A DNA stretch of 64,000 bases from Selaginella moellendorffii. Taxonomy: Eukaryota > Plantae > Lycopodiophyta. Positions 12,601-24,995 of this stretch are shown here, piece by piece. The number at the start of each line of letters is the position of its first letter. The stretch's first letter is position 1. A program made the translations under genes and the position numbers. The notes under the pieces were generated by a model, which was not told the DNA's origin, did not search any database, and saw only the letters and a program-made list of their open reading frames with translations. Where the stretch lies: the NCBI RefSeq assembly GCF_000143415.4, contig NW_003314268.1, positions 804,011 through 868,010 on the forward strand. Direction: 5' to 3'.

Positions 12601-15600
12601 CCATGACTAAATCACTTTTCAAGGAAAAGCTCAAAACTCAACCTCTACTAAACAATCTTGTCTAGAACACAACTAACTCAAACTTACCACTCAATTCATT
12701 TGAACGTCAATACAGTTGCTAATTAGCAATTGTACAAATGCTAATAACACAAAGCTATAGCCAAATCATCAACACTATCTTTATCAAAACTAATGAAACT
12801 CGACATCAATCTTGCGGAGAGACATCTTATTTCACTAAAATCTCAACATCAACAATGTCAACGACAAAGCATCACTTCAATGCCATCAACACTAGAACAA
12901 AGCTAAAAGAAAGCACGAATGTATCACCACTCAAAGCTCTCTAGCAACCAAGCTAACCAAGGTCGAAGATACTTTAGTTAGTATCCGAGACCAATCCTTC
13001 AACATTACTCAGGTACAGATAACATTTCCTCAAGGAGTGAATCACCATGTCCAAGACTCAATGAAATCCAACACTATGAACTAAACACAACCAAATGATA
13101 TCAACAGAGGTAAAATCGACATGCCAACATGGAAAACCCATGTAAGTCTAACAACACCATCTGGTAAAGCAACTCATCACCGCTAAATCATCATCAAGTG
13201 AAGCAAGTATCAGAGGTCCTCGACGAAGTCTATAAGCAACCATTAGTTGCAAGGCAACCAACAATCACTCTTCAACTTGCCTTCACAAGACCCAAACACT
13301 AACTCTTGTCATCAAATCATATACTTATTCAACATGAACGTAATACCCTAGATACAAGATAAAGGTTTATTGATAAGCACAAACTAAATGACCACTCGAA
13401 TCCAACTCAACCGCAATAAGCTCACTAATACATTTAGCCAATGGCTCTGAGCATGCCTTGAAAAGGCTAGCTATGTGTAATCAACATTTAGTCGAAACTA
13501 AAGTGAAGACTACGAGATGGACTCATATCGGTACACAACCTCCACTTAAACAAAGCTATAGTATGGGTACCAACATCTCAACTACAAACAACTAAGTTGA
13601 ACATCACCATCCTTAGCCAAGGCGTAGGGCCACCAAGACCAAATCAAGATCAGTGAGAGTTCACTACTCTCATAGAGTCTAACGAAATGCAAAGTGCAAC
13701 CTGCCACCAAGCATAACGCTACAAAAGAAAGGCACAAGGGTCACCTTTCTGGAAAAGTGCAACGGCCACTTTTCTACACCAACTTTAGACTCTATCCAAC
13801 TTAATTGCCTTAGCCCCAAAAGTCAGCATCCCTTTTGGGCTGCATCATACAAATTACCTACTAAGGTCTAAGCTAACTGAAGTCAACTCCAACCCTTTCA
13901 CTAGTTTGTACTGGCTTACGAAAACGGAATGGTTTTCGAGCAAAGTGATCAACAGATCAGCTATTGGATATATCTAAGAAAATTTGTAGAAAATTTCCAT
14001 CCTAGAGAAAGAATGACTCTCAGTCCAGGAATACAAACTTTCAAGACTCAACCAACTTCCTCCTATTAACAACTTCACATAGGTTCACCCCAACACAAAT
14101 TCTCATCACCCATAGTATGCTTAAGCCTTGAACATCTTTTTGCCCATTTTTTTGACATCTAACACCGACATCTGTAAAATACAAATGGAACACCCAAGGC
14201 TTGATCACGAAGACCACATCTTCGGATATCCACATTGCACTAACACTCTTCTTCAACCACTTTGAAGATTCAATGTGAAACTAAAACACTAACAAGAAAA
14301 ATGACATGGAAAATCAAGCTCTAAGGAAACTTCCTCATCACTTAAAATAACAATGCCACTTTCACTAACACAAATGCTAATAATGTTAATGCCTCAACCT
14401 CACACCTTCTCTATCTAACAATCTACTTCAAGTGTTAACGGATCAACTAATGAGCTATAGCAAATGAATGCTACAACCATTTTTCCAACACCTTATGGGC
14501 AAATCCTCAAGGAACCAAGGAACCAACTTAATCTTAGCATAATGGACCACCATCAAGGATCCAGTCAAAGCTACTACAATGCTACTTCGTGCAAGTAGAC
14601 TAGCTTCACCATCAACCACTTTGGGGTTGATCATCGTTTAACCAAGCAACTTCGTAAACACATCGCTCATTATCATATGGATATGATATAAATATCACAA
14701 TGATTTGATCATAAATTGAGTAACATAATGAGCAATGCCAATGTCATTACTACAAAAGTTTATGTGAGTATCAAGTGTCAACTCGATTCGACAAAATGTA
14801 ACATAAATGCCACACTCCACTGATAGTGATTTACAACACCCAAAACCACTAACTTTTGTTCACAACACAGACAAGCTCATGCCACTCTCTTTCCGACCAA
14901 ACTCAAAACTAATCCAACACCAAGCTACTCAAGGAGCAATAGCAAGGTTCCCCAGAAAAGAATTGAGCATTGCAACCCAAGTCTTCTAATAGCAAGCCTA
15001 GACAAAATAGTTTAGTGCTTCATTACTATCCATCCCATGACTCACCATTTACAAGACCATCATTTCCAACATGCATCAAAGTAGGGGCTCTTGATTGCAT
15101 GATGTGAACATGGGCAATGGGTCACACCTCGTTGCAAATCATCTCTCCAAGAAGAGAACATGATTTACGTGTTTGATCCTTTGTCCCTGATGACTATTCT
15201 TTCGGTCTCATCTTTGACTACACCTCAAGCTTGCTTTCACACTACCTTCAGTCCAATCCAAGAGAAGTTTATGAGAGAGCACAGCAATGACTACTTAAAC
15301 CAATAGACTAATCCCTACAGTTTTGATTGATCCACTTGTAACCATGCCTAAGAAGGATCCACTAGTGCCATGCTAAACAGCTACGGATTAGCATATTTGC
15401 CACTCATAGCAAACCCAGGGAAGGTTTGCTTTTACCCACGGTATATGGAACAACTCATAGAACCATTGGAACAACCCATGGAACGACCGATAGACTAACA
15501 TTAATTCTGCCAACTCAAAACGTAACCTTGAGTTGCTAATATGCCTCACATACGAGCCCAAGCGTAAACTCATGCTAACGGAGCATCTCAAATCCATCTT

Positions 15601-16269
15601 ATGAGCCCAAGAGCAAGCTCACATTATTAGGTACAAAAGATAACCAAAACCATACCCAAGGAACGAATGTGAACCCTTTGCACCAAACGTGTACCCACTC
15701 GGATCATCACTTTCATCTCTGTGTATGCAACGAGACTAATTGCCTAATCTCATTGAATAGTACTCCCTGAGATTCATCCTCTGATACCAAATGTAGCGCA
15801 CGTGGTTTTTGTCAGGAATCCCCCAATTCTTGCCACATTCTTGACTCTCGCCGGATTCCTGACCTGCAGACCACATTCCTGACTCTCGAGACACTTCCCT
15901 ATTCCTGACTCTCGAGACACTTCCCGATTCCTGAGTCTCGAGCCACATTCCTGATGATGATGTGGCACCTCCTCGACCTCAGCTATATTTAGGCCGTCCT
16001 CGATCCAAGAGTGGTGGAGCTTCATCAACCTATAGTATATATAGGTTAGCCTTGTTCCATTTCTCCACAATCTGAATCAACGCCAGTCTAAGGCCTCTTC
16101 TTTGTTTCCACTAGCTTTTCTCTTTGTCTTTTTGCATTTTCCAGTCTTGATCTTGTCAGGGGTCTTGACAGTTTGATTCAGATTGTGCTTTTTCGTTTTT
16201 TGATTTAGCTCGTTTTGATTGTTTGATTACCTTTGCCTTTTTTTCCCCCTTTTTTCTTTCTTCTTGCCA

Positions 16270-17241
16270 ATGGAGTCTCCAAGCCATCCTGATTTCTTTG
16301 CTAAAGTCCTTGCAAAAATCTAGTCTGAGAATACCGAGCTGAAGGTGACCCTTCTTCGCATGCAGCAGGAGCTTGCTTCACTTTCGGCTCAAGGATCCAG
16401 CAAAGTTCTTGAACCGAAGGTGAGCTTCCCGGCGAAATTTTTAGGCAAGCGTTCGGAGCTTCGCGGATTCCTGAACCAGATGGAGTTGATCTTCGCACTT
16501 CAACATCGGCGGTACCCTACTCCCGAGTCTCAAATCGGCGCGATTGGGACGTTGCTCGAAGGTGCAGCTTTGTCATGGTTTTCTCCTCTTTTGGAGAAGA
16601 GCATGAAAGGGGTCGTGGTTCCAGAACTGATGGATCTTCAATTGTTCAAAGAGAAGCTCGAAGCATGTTTTGGCGAGACGGATCGGGTTCGGGCTGCTAC
16701 CACAAAGATGAGACGTCTCTCTCAGGGGTCTCGTCCTGCCTCGATCTACGCTGCAGAGTTCCAACTCCTTGCTTTGGACACTCAGTGGGATGAGCGGGCC
16801 CTGATTGACCAATTTTGTTTCGGCCTCAACAACGGTGTCAAGGATTTGTTGCTCACCATGGAGGATCCCAAGGACCTGTCGGATGCCATCAACAAAGCTG
16901 TTCGATGTGACAATCATCTCTTTGAACGTCGTTAGGAAAGTCGCCGCGCCGCTGTTTTTCCGTCCTAGACTCAGGAATCCCAACTTGAGTCTTCGGGGCA
17001 TACTCCTGAACCTACTGCTCCGGTTTCGATGGATATTTCTGGTACTCCCCAACTCATTAGAGGGAAGTTGAGTCCTACTGAGAAGCAACGTTGAATATCT
17101 CATAATATTTGCCTCTATTGTGCTGATCCTAATCACAAAGCAGCTGTATGTCCCAAGAAGCCTCCTCGACTGCTCGAGTTCACTCTGCCTCAAAGTCCAC
17201 GTCTATTGCAATCGGGAAACGACCCTCTCCAAACAGAGTAG
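16270..17241 (+). pseudogene. gag: Chromovirus gag with CCHC zinc knuckle
   Basis: ATG at 16270. In-frame stops at 16321, 16933 and 17092 (TAG, TAG, TGA). Capsid-like PAKFLGKRSELRGFLNQMEL. Knuckle CLYCADPNHKAAVC at ~17110-17151. Confidence 0.9.
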
Positions 17242-18595
17242 GAGCTGTCTGTTTGGACTCCCCGAATAAAAATCACTTTTCTTTTTTATCAAGCTCCTCA
17301 CCACCTTTCATCAAAGCCACCACCAATTCCCGCAACTTCCGCGTCCCATGTCTCCTTTCTTTCACCGGACAATCAGGACTCAAGGCTCTGGCATTACTGG
17401 ACTCGGGTGCAACTTCCTGCTTCATGGACACGGACTTTGCTGCCCGACATCACGTTCCTCTTTCTCCTACCATACGGGATTTGAGGGTTGAAGGCATCGG
17501 CGGGCATTTTGTGTCTCCATCTTCTGGACTTAGGGAAACGTTGCCCGTTCGAGTACACATCGGGTCCACTGTCACCGATATCGCCTTCAACATCATCAAC
17601 AGCAAGTCCTCCTCTGTGGTGCTCGGTCTTCCTTGGTTCCAATTACATCAGCCTCAAATCTGTTGGAAGGAATTACAGCTCATCTCTCCCACGGCTTCCC
17701 CTACTGTTCATCGAGTCCGAATCAGGAAAAGTTCCCTAAACTCAAATTGTTCTGTTCCTGACTCTATAAAGTTTTCACCCTTTTCTTTTTCCTCTCTTCC
17801 ATCTTACACTGGACCGTATCCTCGTCTCATCATTCCATTTAGTCGTACGCCTCCTCCTATCTCCACAATCACTATGAAAGAACTCCTTCATGAAGACCTC
17901 TTTTTCTTTTTGCTTTGCATGTTTTTCCTGTCAGTCTTCCTGAGAAGTATCATGATTTTGGGGATGTGTTTGACAAGAAAAAAGCTAGTGTACTGCCTGT
18001 TCATCGGCCTTATGATTGTCCCATTGATTTACAGGAAGGAGCGTCACCTCCGTGGGGGCCTATCTACGGGTTATCCCCGTCCGAGCTTAAGGCCCTCAAA
18101 GAGTACGTGGATGAGAACCTTGCCTCGGGCTACATTCAGCATTCGCAGTCCCCGGCTGGAGTGCCTGTCTTCTTTGTCAAGAAGAAGGATGGGAGCTTGC
18201 GGCTAGTCATCGACTACCGAGGTTTGAACAAGGTGACTGTTCGGAACCATTATCCGCTGCCCCTGATCTCGGACTGTTGGAATGTCTCGGCGGTGCCCGC
18301 TTCTTCACCAAGATCGACCTCCGTGGAGCATACAACCTGATCCGGATCCGGCCTGGTGATGAATGGAAGACTGCGTTCCGAACCCGCTATGGCCACTTCG
18401 AGTACACTGTCATGCCATTTGGCTTGACAAATGCTCCAGCAGTTTTCCAACACATGGCGAATGACATCTTTTGGGAGTTTCTTGATCAGATGGTGATCGT
18501 CTACCTCGATGACATCCTCATCTACTCAAAAACTCAGGAGGAGCATGAAGAACATGTACGCAAGGTGCTAGCGAAGCTGCGAGAACACGGCCTAT
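17214..18595 (+). pseudogene. pol: Chromovirus pol, 5' part (protease, RT), frameshifted and interrupted by the DNA transposon
   Basis: ALLDSGATSCF (protease); [32 protein letters not shown] and YLDDILIYS (RT). Removing the insert restores ...REHG-L-YAKLEKC. Confidence 0.93.
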
Positions 18596-19037
18596 AAGCT
18601 CTATTTCGTTAAAGTGGGAATTGTCATTATCCCACTTGTAAAATAAGGTTTCCAAACCTTTATATAGTATATAAATATAACAAAATTCAACTGCATTGAG
18701 GCACATGCCATTTTATTTTAAACAAGGAAATGTCTACTCAATCACTTCTCCTCCCCCTGCCACTGCTTCACCTCTCTCTTCTCCTTGTCATCGTCGTCCA
18801 ATTTCTTTCCATCCTTTTAATATTGGCTCAGTTGCTCCGAGTCTAGGTGGAGCCCAAGTCCCCATTCAATCTTTACTTTCCCATTATTAATAAAACAACT
18901 TCGTAGACTTCCAATAACATGCTGTAACACTTCTAGTATAATGCAAATCCTCTCAAAGAATTGTCTTTTAATATTAATACAATTGCATGGAACACCATGC
19001 CATAATAAGTTACATTTTTAAATAAATACATGCCATC

Positions 19038-22000
19038 TCAGACTGTTATTTTTTGCCTCCAACGCCTATACAATAATCTTGGAATTTCATCACTCTCCAC
19101 ACTATCAGGATTTAAACCCAATAGTAATGCCATCTCTTCTCTAATACGTCCACGCTCATGTTCAGTGGTCGAAGAACCCATCCGGTTGAGCAGATTATGG
19201 AGATGCGGATAGTGCTTGGCTAGACAATATACATGCCATAAATGATGACTGGTGTCTGTCCGATCAAATGGCTTCTGATATACCGTTCCATCTGCCATTT
19301 GGTTGATTTCTGCAGCCACCTCCTGGACTGGCCGGTTCTCTATCACCATCGCTCCAAGCCGTTTTGCAAGGTCCCCCAGAACATACGGTTTCTTCTCCCT
19401 AGTTTCCATACTGCAAGAGATGGGGTGCACTGCATATGTGTGCGTGTTCGCTGCAGTTTTAATCGGCGAGTCATCGATGATGAGGATTTCACTTGAGCTA
19501 GCAGTCCGGTTCATCACTACAGCCTCTGGCTTGACGAAGATGGGCTTGCTACCCCTCACATGGACCATAGTCAAGCAATCCTCCTGTGTTAGGAGAAAGT
19601 CAAATGGTAATATTACTCGCGTCTGATCGTGCATCATCTGTAGCAACGTTAATGCATTGTGGCGCATCATGGATGTCCAAACTCCCAATTGCAAATTGAA
19701 CCCGGCCCTCTGTTTTAAGTGTCGCATGGTCATTATTAGATCCCGCAGTTTCTCCCGTGTGATTAATGTGAATCTGTCTCTTTTGACCAACTTGCGACCG
19801 CAGGCTTTGGAGGGTGCAATGACATTCGAGGACGAGCCACGCTCATGGGAGAAAAGGACACCGTTCAGATCAAAAACGATACAGTACCTTCGCCGTGACT
19901 CTGAAATGAAATGCGTCAGCATAAAAAATGGTACAAGTCAATTTTACCATCTACAATATTAGCGAATGTTGCTCCCGATGGTCGTTGAGAGGGTTTTGGT
20001 CGAGGAAACGTGAAGGGCGGAAATACTCTCCTCTGCAATGTGGGGTCAATCGCATCCGATGGCGTGTGGGCACATGCCATTTCAGCTGTAGACTCTGGTA
20101 CAACTGGCTCAACAGTGGCATGGGGTGGTTCCGATGGCGTGTGATCACACGCCATTTCAGCTGGTGCCTCCGTTGGTAAAGTGGACATGACCGAACAAGC
20201 AGCAGGGGCGGTGTAGGGAGGTTCCAACGGCGCGTAGTCAGACGATTGGGCACACGTTGAGTCCATTGGAAATGAGGATACGACCGGCTCGGCGGCTGGG
20301 GCGGCCTCATGTGGGTCCAATGGCGCCTGGTCACCGTCAGTTGGATACGTGGACAAGATTGACTCAGTGGTATGGGCAGCATCAAGTGGAGCGTGGTCAG
20401 CTTGCTTGGCGTTGATATGGATAGTAGCCTCCACCAGCTCTGATGACTCTTGCAGCCAAGTAGAGTCCACTGGCGGATCCATATGCATGTCCAAATATCT
20501 CCCTTCGATTGAGATGGTATCCTCCCGTGCTACTAAAAACAAACTCATTAGCACATTGAATCGACTATACTGTATTTACCATCAACTGCTATTGAGGAAC
20601 TAGGACCGATATCACTTGAGCGCACTGCTGATTCTGAAGGATTGGACATACGTTTCGACCCTTGCTTGGCACTATCCTTCCTCGACACTAAAGGCTAGAG
20701 TTTGTAAATTCAACTGAATAATCTCTACTTACCATTTGCTCTGCGACCTACATGGACAATGTTAGAAATGGTAAAAGGTTAGGAATGGATGTATTATTAT
20801 TTACCTGATGGTTTGTCTTGTATGACCTTCCTCCGCCGCTCTTTGGCCACCTCAGGCTGGCCATCGTCGTCATCATCGTCGTCGTCGTTATTGTGATCGT
20901 CACCATTGTGAGGACCATCCAAGTCCTCTTCGTCCTCCTCTTCTTTGTCCTCCTCTTCGTCCTTCTGCTCTTCTTGCTCATTATCTTTCTCTGGCTCCTC
21001 ATCCCCCTCCTGCATTTCTTCCATAGGCTGCTCAGGCTGGATGGCTTGTTCTTCCAGGACCATCTTGGGAAAATCATCTGGCCGAGTCTCCATCTCAAAA
21101 TACAAGACATCCATAGCTTGTTTTAGTGCGTGACCTAGGACCGTATCCTCACCCGACTGTCTTAACATGGTTTCTGCACGTTCTTGCACCCTTCGAAGAC
21201 GACGAGATGAGAAAAACGTGGCCCTGCCTTGAAAAGCTTCCCTCATCCATTGTACCTCTCCATTGAGATTGGGGAAGGGGAGTCCGCCATAGGAATCTGA
21301 GTCATGAGGTGGTGACTGCCTGCTTTCACTCAGCCCTTGATCTGCAATGAATGGCATGAGCACACACGCCATAACCGCGAGGCATTACCTATCATCTTTT
21401 CGTTGCCCTTCTTCCTTTTCGAATCAAACGCCTCTGATCTCGACGACTGTCCAACGTGCTTTCGCTTTTTATGACCACTGTCAGTTTGAGCTTGGCTGGT
21501 GCTTGCCTGTTTTGCCTTTGAAGAAGTTTCTCCTGCAAGGAATGGCATGAGACCACACGCCATTGCAAATATAATTTGTACCTCCTTTTTTCCTATTGCT
21601 TTTCTGTTTGTCCTTCTTCGATGCGCCACCAGTGCGCTTTTCAGTCCTCGTGTCTAAATATTCACAACGATCTATAATCAAAATGGCGTGAGGCCTCACG
21701 TGACCTTACCTTGTGCAGGTTGTGAGCTCGGCCCAACATGGGTATCTTCAAAAGTAGCTGTTAACGCCGTTTCAGCATCTGGGGGTGGCCACGCTCCTGC
21801 ATACAGAGCTTGTGAGATAACATTTAAACTTAAAGTGTGTACTCACCAGGTTCGCAGAGAAGATACTGTTTTTCTTTGGCAACTGTAATTATATGCTCCA
21901 TTGAAGTCATCTCTTCAATGGAGTTTGTCACCGCAACACAAGGGACACCCTTGAGTAGTGCGGCTCGAAAGAATAGTCCGCCGCAGTTGTACTCGACAAC

Positions 22001-24645
22001 GCATTTGCCCTTGGAGTCGGAAGCAGATGACCCACCCGCTATTGCGTTGAAGACCCAGCTGAGCATTTCCCATGCTGCACCTGGAGCTTTCTTTGGATTC
22101 GAAAGCTCCATAGCCGTCTTCAGTTCCTCAGGCACGGGTAAATTGACCTCCCTCAGATCAATTCGATTGGCCTTGTCGAACGAAGCTGGGAAGTCACTCC
22201 AGTCCCACTCTGCTGCAGGACCAATAACAAGGGCGAGTGTGAAGATGCGGACATTCGTCGGTATCTTCTTCTTAGCCATTATCCCATGGATCTCCCGCAT
22301 CTCCTTGCCTTTCAACCGAGCCTTCACCTCGTTCAAGGCCTTCCAGAACTTGTGATAGGATTCGGAGTCGTAGATCATATAGTGGACTGAAGATTCCACC
22401 TCCGCAAGTCCCACCATTAAGTCAATGATGGAGCTGACTTCGTCTGCATGAGTGATCTCCTCGTTTGTGAAGTCCATCACACAAAAGATGTTCTTGACCT
22501 GCTCATCTCCGCGGGAAACGATGCTCCTCCACCTTTGATCCTCATCCGAATTCAAGTATACCCAGTAAGGTTCTCGATAGGCCTCTGCTGCGGGGTCGAG
22601 CTGTTTCTGAAGCCGGCGGTCGACATCAATCTTAATGAAATTTGGATACTGATCCAACTTCTCAGCTTTACTTTTCGTGGCATCCCGCAGCAGATCGATG
22701 AACTTGGGGGCCCCCTTCACGTACTCGTCGATGTCTTCATTTGACAACTCCAGCGCTTCCATCATCTCTTGCGTGGTGTCGATGCTCACCCTCTCCACGG
22801 CCACTTGCTCGAAGATCCAATCCTTCAATAGCGCACGAGCTCTCAGAGTCGTGCACAAGTCCTCGTATGTCACAATATGGCCGGGAGTCATTTTGGTCTT
22901 GTTGAAGACAACCTCACCACGTAGAAGAGCATTAGCCACTGTCAGAAGGTCGTCGTCGTCTAGAGACCGCGAGAAACGCAAGGTGTTGAGCTTCAAATCA
23001 TTGGGCTTCCGGCCGTCCTCCACACCCATTGAGTTTGGCAACTCCCCGTCATGGTACCTCCTCAGCACATCTACCCATTTGTCAAAAACAACTTTTGTCG
23101 CGAGTAGAATGTTATGGATGCTGAGTGTGTCATTGACCCCCAGTGTTTTCGAGAGAAGACTCGAGAATTCCTGCAATGGAAATGGCGTGAGGCCACATGC
23201 TATGCCACATGCAACGAGGCTTACCTGCCAGGCGCTAGTTGCTAGTGCACGTCCTTGTCCTGGTTTTTGTGGCTTCTTCAGTTGAACCCAGAGCTTCCGT
23301 GTTCGTGCCAATGTCTCGTGCAGACCCGATTTGTAGCACGTTTCTTGCTTGACATTCTGCGCGTGGGAGATGTATATGATAGATCGGAGGGGCGAGTTGC
23401 CTTTTATCAGGCGGACAACTCTTGTCTTGAAGACTTTCTTCACCTCCTCGCCCACCATAATATCCACAACTATCTCTTGCATCGCCAAGCTAGAATGCTG
23501 CCCGGAGACGGCATAGAACCGGATGTTCTGATCGTCCAACACCTTCCTATTGATCAAGTCTGGAAACCTCGTCTCGCCCTTCATTGTTCGGTAGTAGGGG
23601 ATCACGTCTGCGATGTCGAGTGTTACTGGACTTGCCAGCATCTTCTGCTTCAGTTTCTCCACCCACTCATCAGATACTAGCCTGTGGTTGTATTTGCTTT
23701 GGATGTCGATACGGCTCACGTCGATTGTATATACATTGTTGGAATAGTAACAAGTACTATTATCTGCGACGATTTTTGCTGCCTCTTCTTGCTCTTTCTG
23801 CTCTTTGCGGCTCTTCTTTTTGGTGGGTGTAGTGTTCGAACCCGAGGCAATGGCATCACTGAGTAGCTTCTTTTTTGGAGCAGGAGAGTCGGACGTCGGC
23901 TTGAGCTTGACCACCCTTTTCTGCTTCGAGGTAGTTTCCAGATCGACCCCCTTCCCCTTTGCTTCGCGAACTGGAGTCACTCTCAACGGCTCAATGTTGG
24001 AATATAGTTTTTGAACATCGCCGTAGGTGAGGTCCGTGGATTCCATGTGATCTTCATAGACCCGCAGCGTCTTTGAAATTGTGGGCCTCCTGGACAACCT
24101 CTCCCTAGCTCCCTCTAGGAATTCCTCATAGCCGCTGCCCCCCTCCGGGAAGCCGCTAGGATGTGCAAGGTGGATCTTGAAGGCAGACGCTGTCTCTACC
24201 ACAAGTGCCAGTCCATATTCTTGCATGGAACTGCATGGAGTGTCTGTCACTTGGATGAGGATCCCCATGCATTCTTTTCTCCCACCATCTGTGTTGTACA
24301 GCCTCAGATCCTCGCCTTCTATCCCGAAAGTCCAACTGGTGAGCTCCTCCCCCTTCTCTGCATCCACATTGACAGTGGCTGGAAGAAGAACGCAATTCCT
24401 CGCCTGTTCAGAAATGCACAACAATTAGAGCTGACAGATGAAAAGCTAGTAGCTGGAAATAACGTGAGGCCACACGCCATTCACCACTGCATCAGATGTC
24501 TTGAGGCTGCATCCTAAGATGGCGTGAGGCTACACGCCATCTGTAACCGGACTGCACTCGAGAGCCCAATCGGTGCATGCCAATGTTGCTACTGAATGGC
24601 ATGTGGCCTCATGCCATTTTCTACTTGGCCTAAAAGACTTACCAT
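19038..24645 (-). CDS. Transposon cargo gene, 11 exons, ~1,638 aa: ParB/Srx-like domain, degenerate N4/N6-MTase-like region, basic/acidic/Pro-rich linker, FCP1/NIF-like HAD phosphatase domain
   Basis: Hand-spliced GT-AG exons: 24645-24643 (ATG only, least certain), 24403-23225, 23170-21847, 21796-21710, 21653-21582, 21532-21389, 21341-20805, 20747-20733, 20687-20580, 20532-19948, 19900-19038. Total 4,917 nt with no internal stop. Links the 864-, 72-, 99-, 191-, 212- and 294-aa ORFs. Motifs: FYAVSGQHSSLAM; KCVVEYNCGGLFFRAALLKG; IVFDLNGVL...VWTS...LIIDDSPIK. Confidence 0.8.
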
Positions 24646-24844
24646 TTGAAGCCGAATGGAGGCGTGACAACCGGACTCGCTGGCGAATGTGCACTGTGTG
24701 TGCAGCGGATTGTAGCAGCAAGGCTACTCTGCCACTTACAGTTGGAGAGTGGCGCTGAAATCTCCCGGGACGCCAAGTGGGCTGCGTGTGGGTGGCGGAG
24801 TGGGCGGCGGAGTTGGCGGCGAAGTTACAAACTGGGTGTGTCTT

Positions 24845-24995
24845 GAAGTGGACGCCGATGCACACGAGCGCGATGCGAGCGCGAGTGGACGCCGATGCAC
24901 ACGAGAAACCTGTAGAGAAGTGGGAGCGCGAGTGGGAGCGCGATGCGAGCGCGAGTGGGAGCGCGATGCGAGCGCGAGTGTGCGAGCGCGAGTAC
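24845..24995. repeat. CpG-rich tandem repeat (GAGCGCGATGCGAGCGCGAGTGG units) upstream of the cargo gene
   Basis: Direct inspection. Confidence 0.85.

Noticed and set aside
19038-24424. Treating the 864-, 191-, 212- and 294-aa ORFs as separate genes
   Set aside because: Their starts fall in pyrimidine-rich acceptor regions, and all join in frame through canonical introns.
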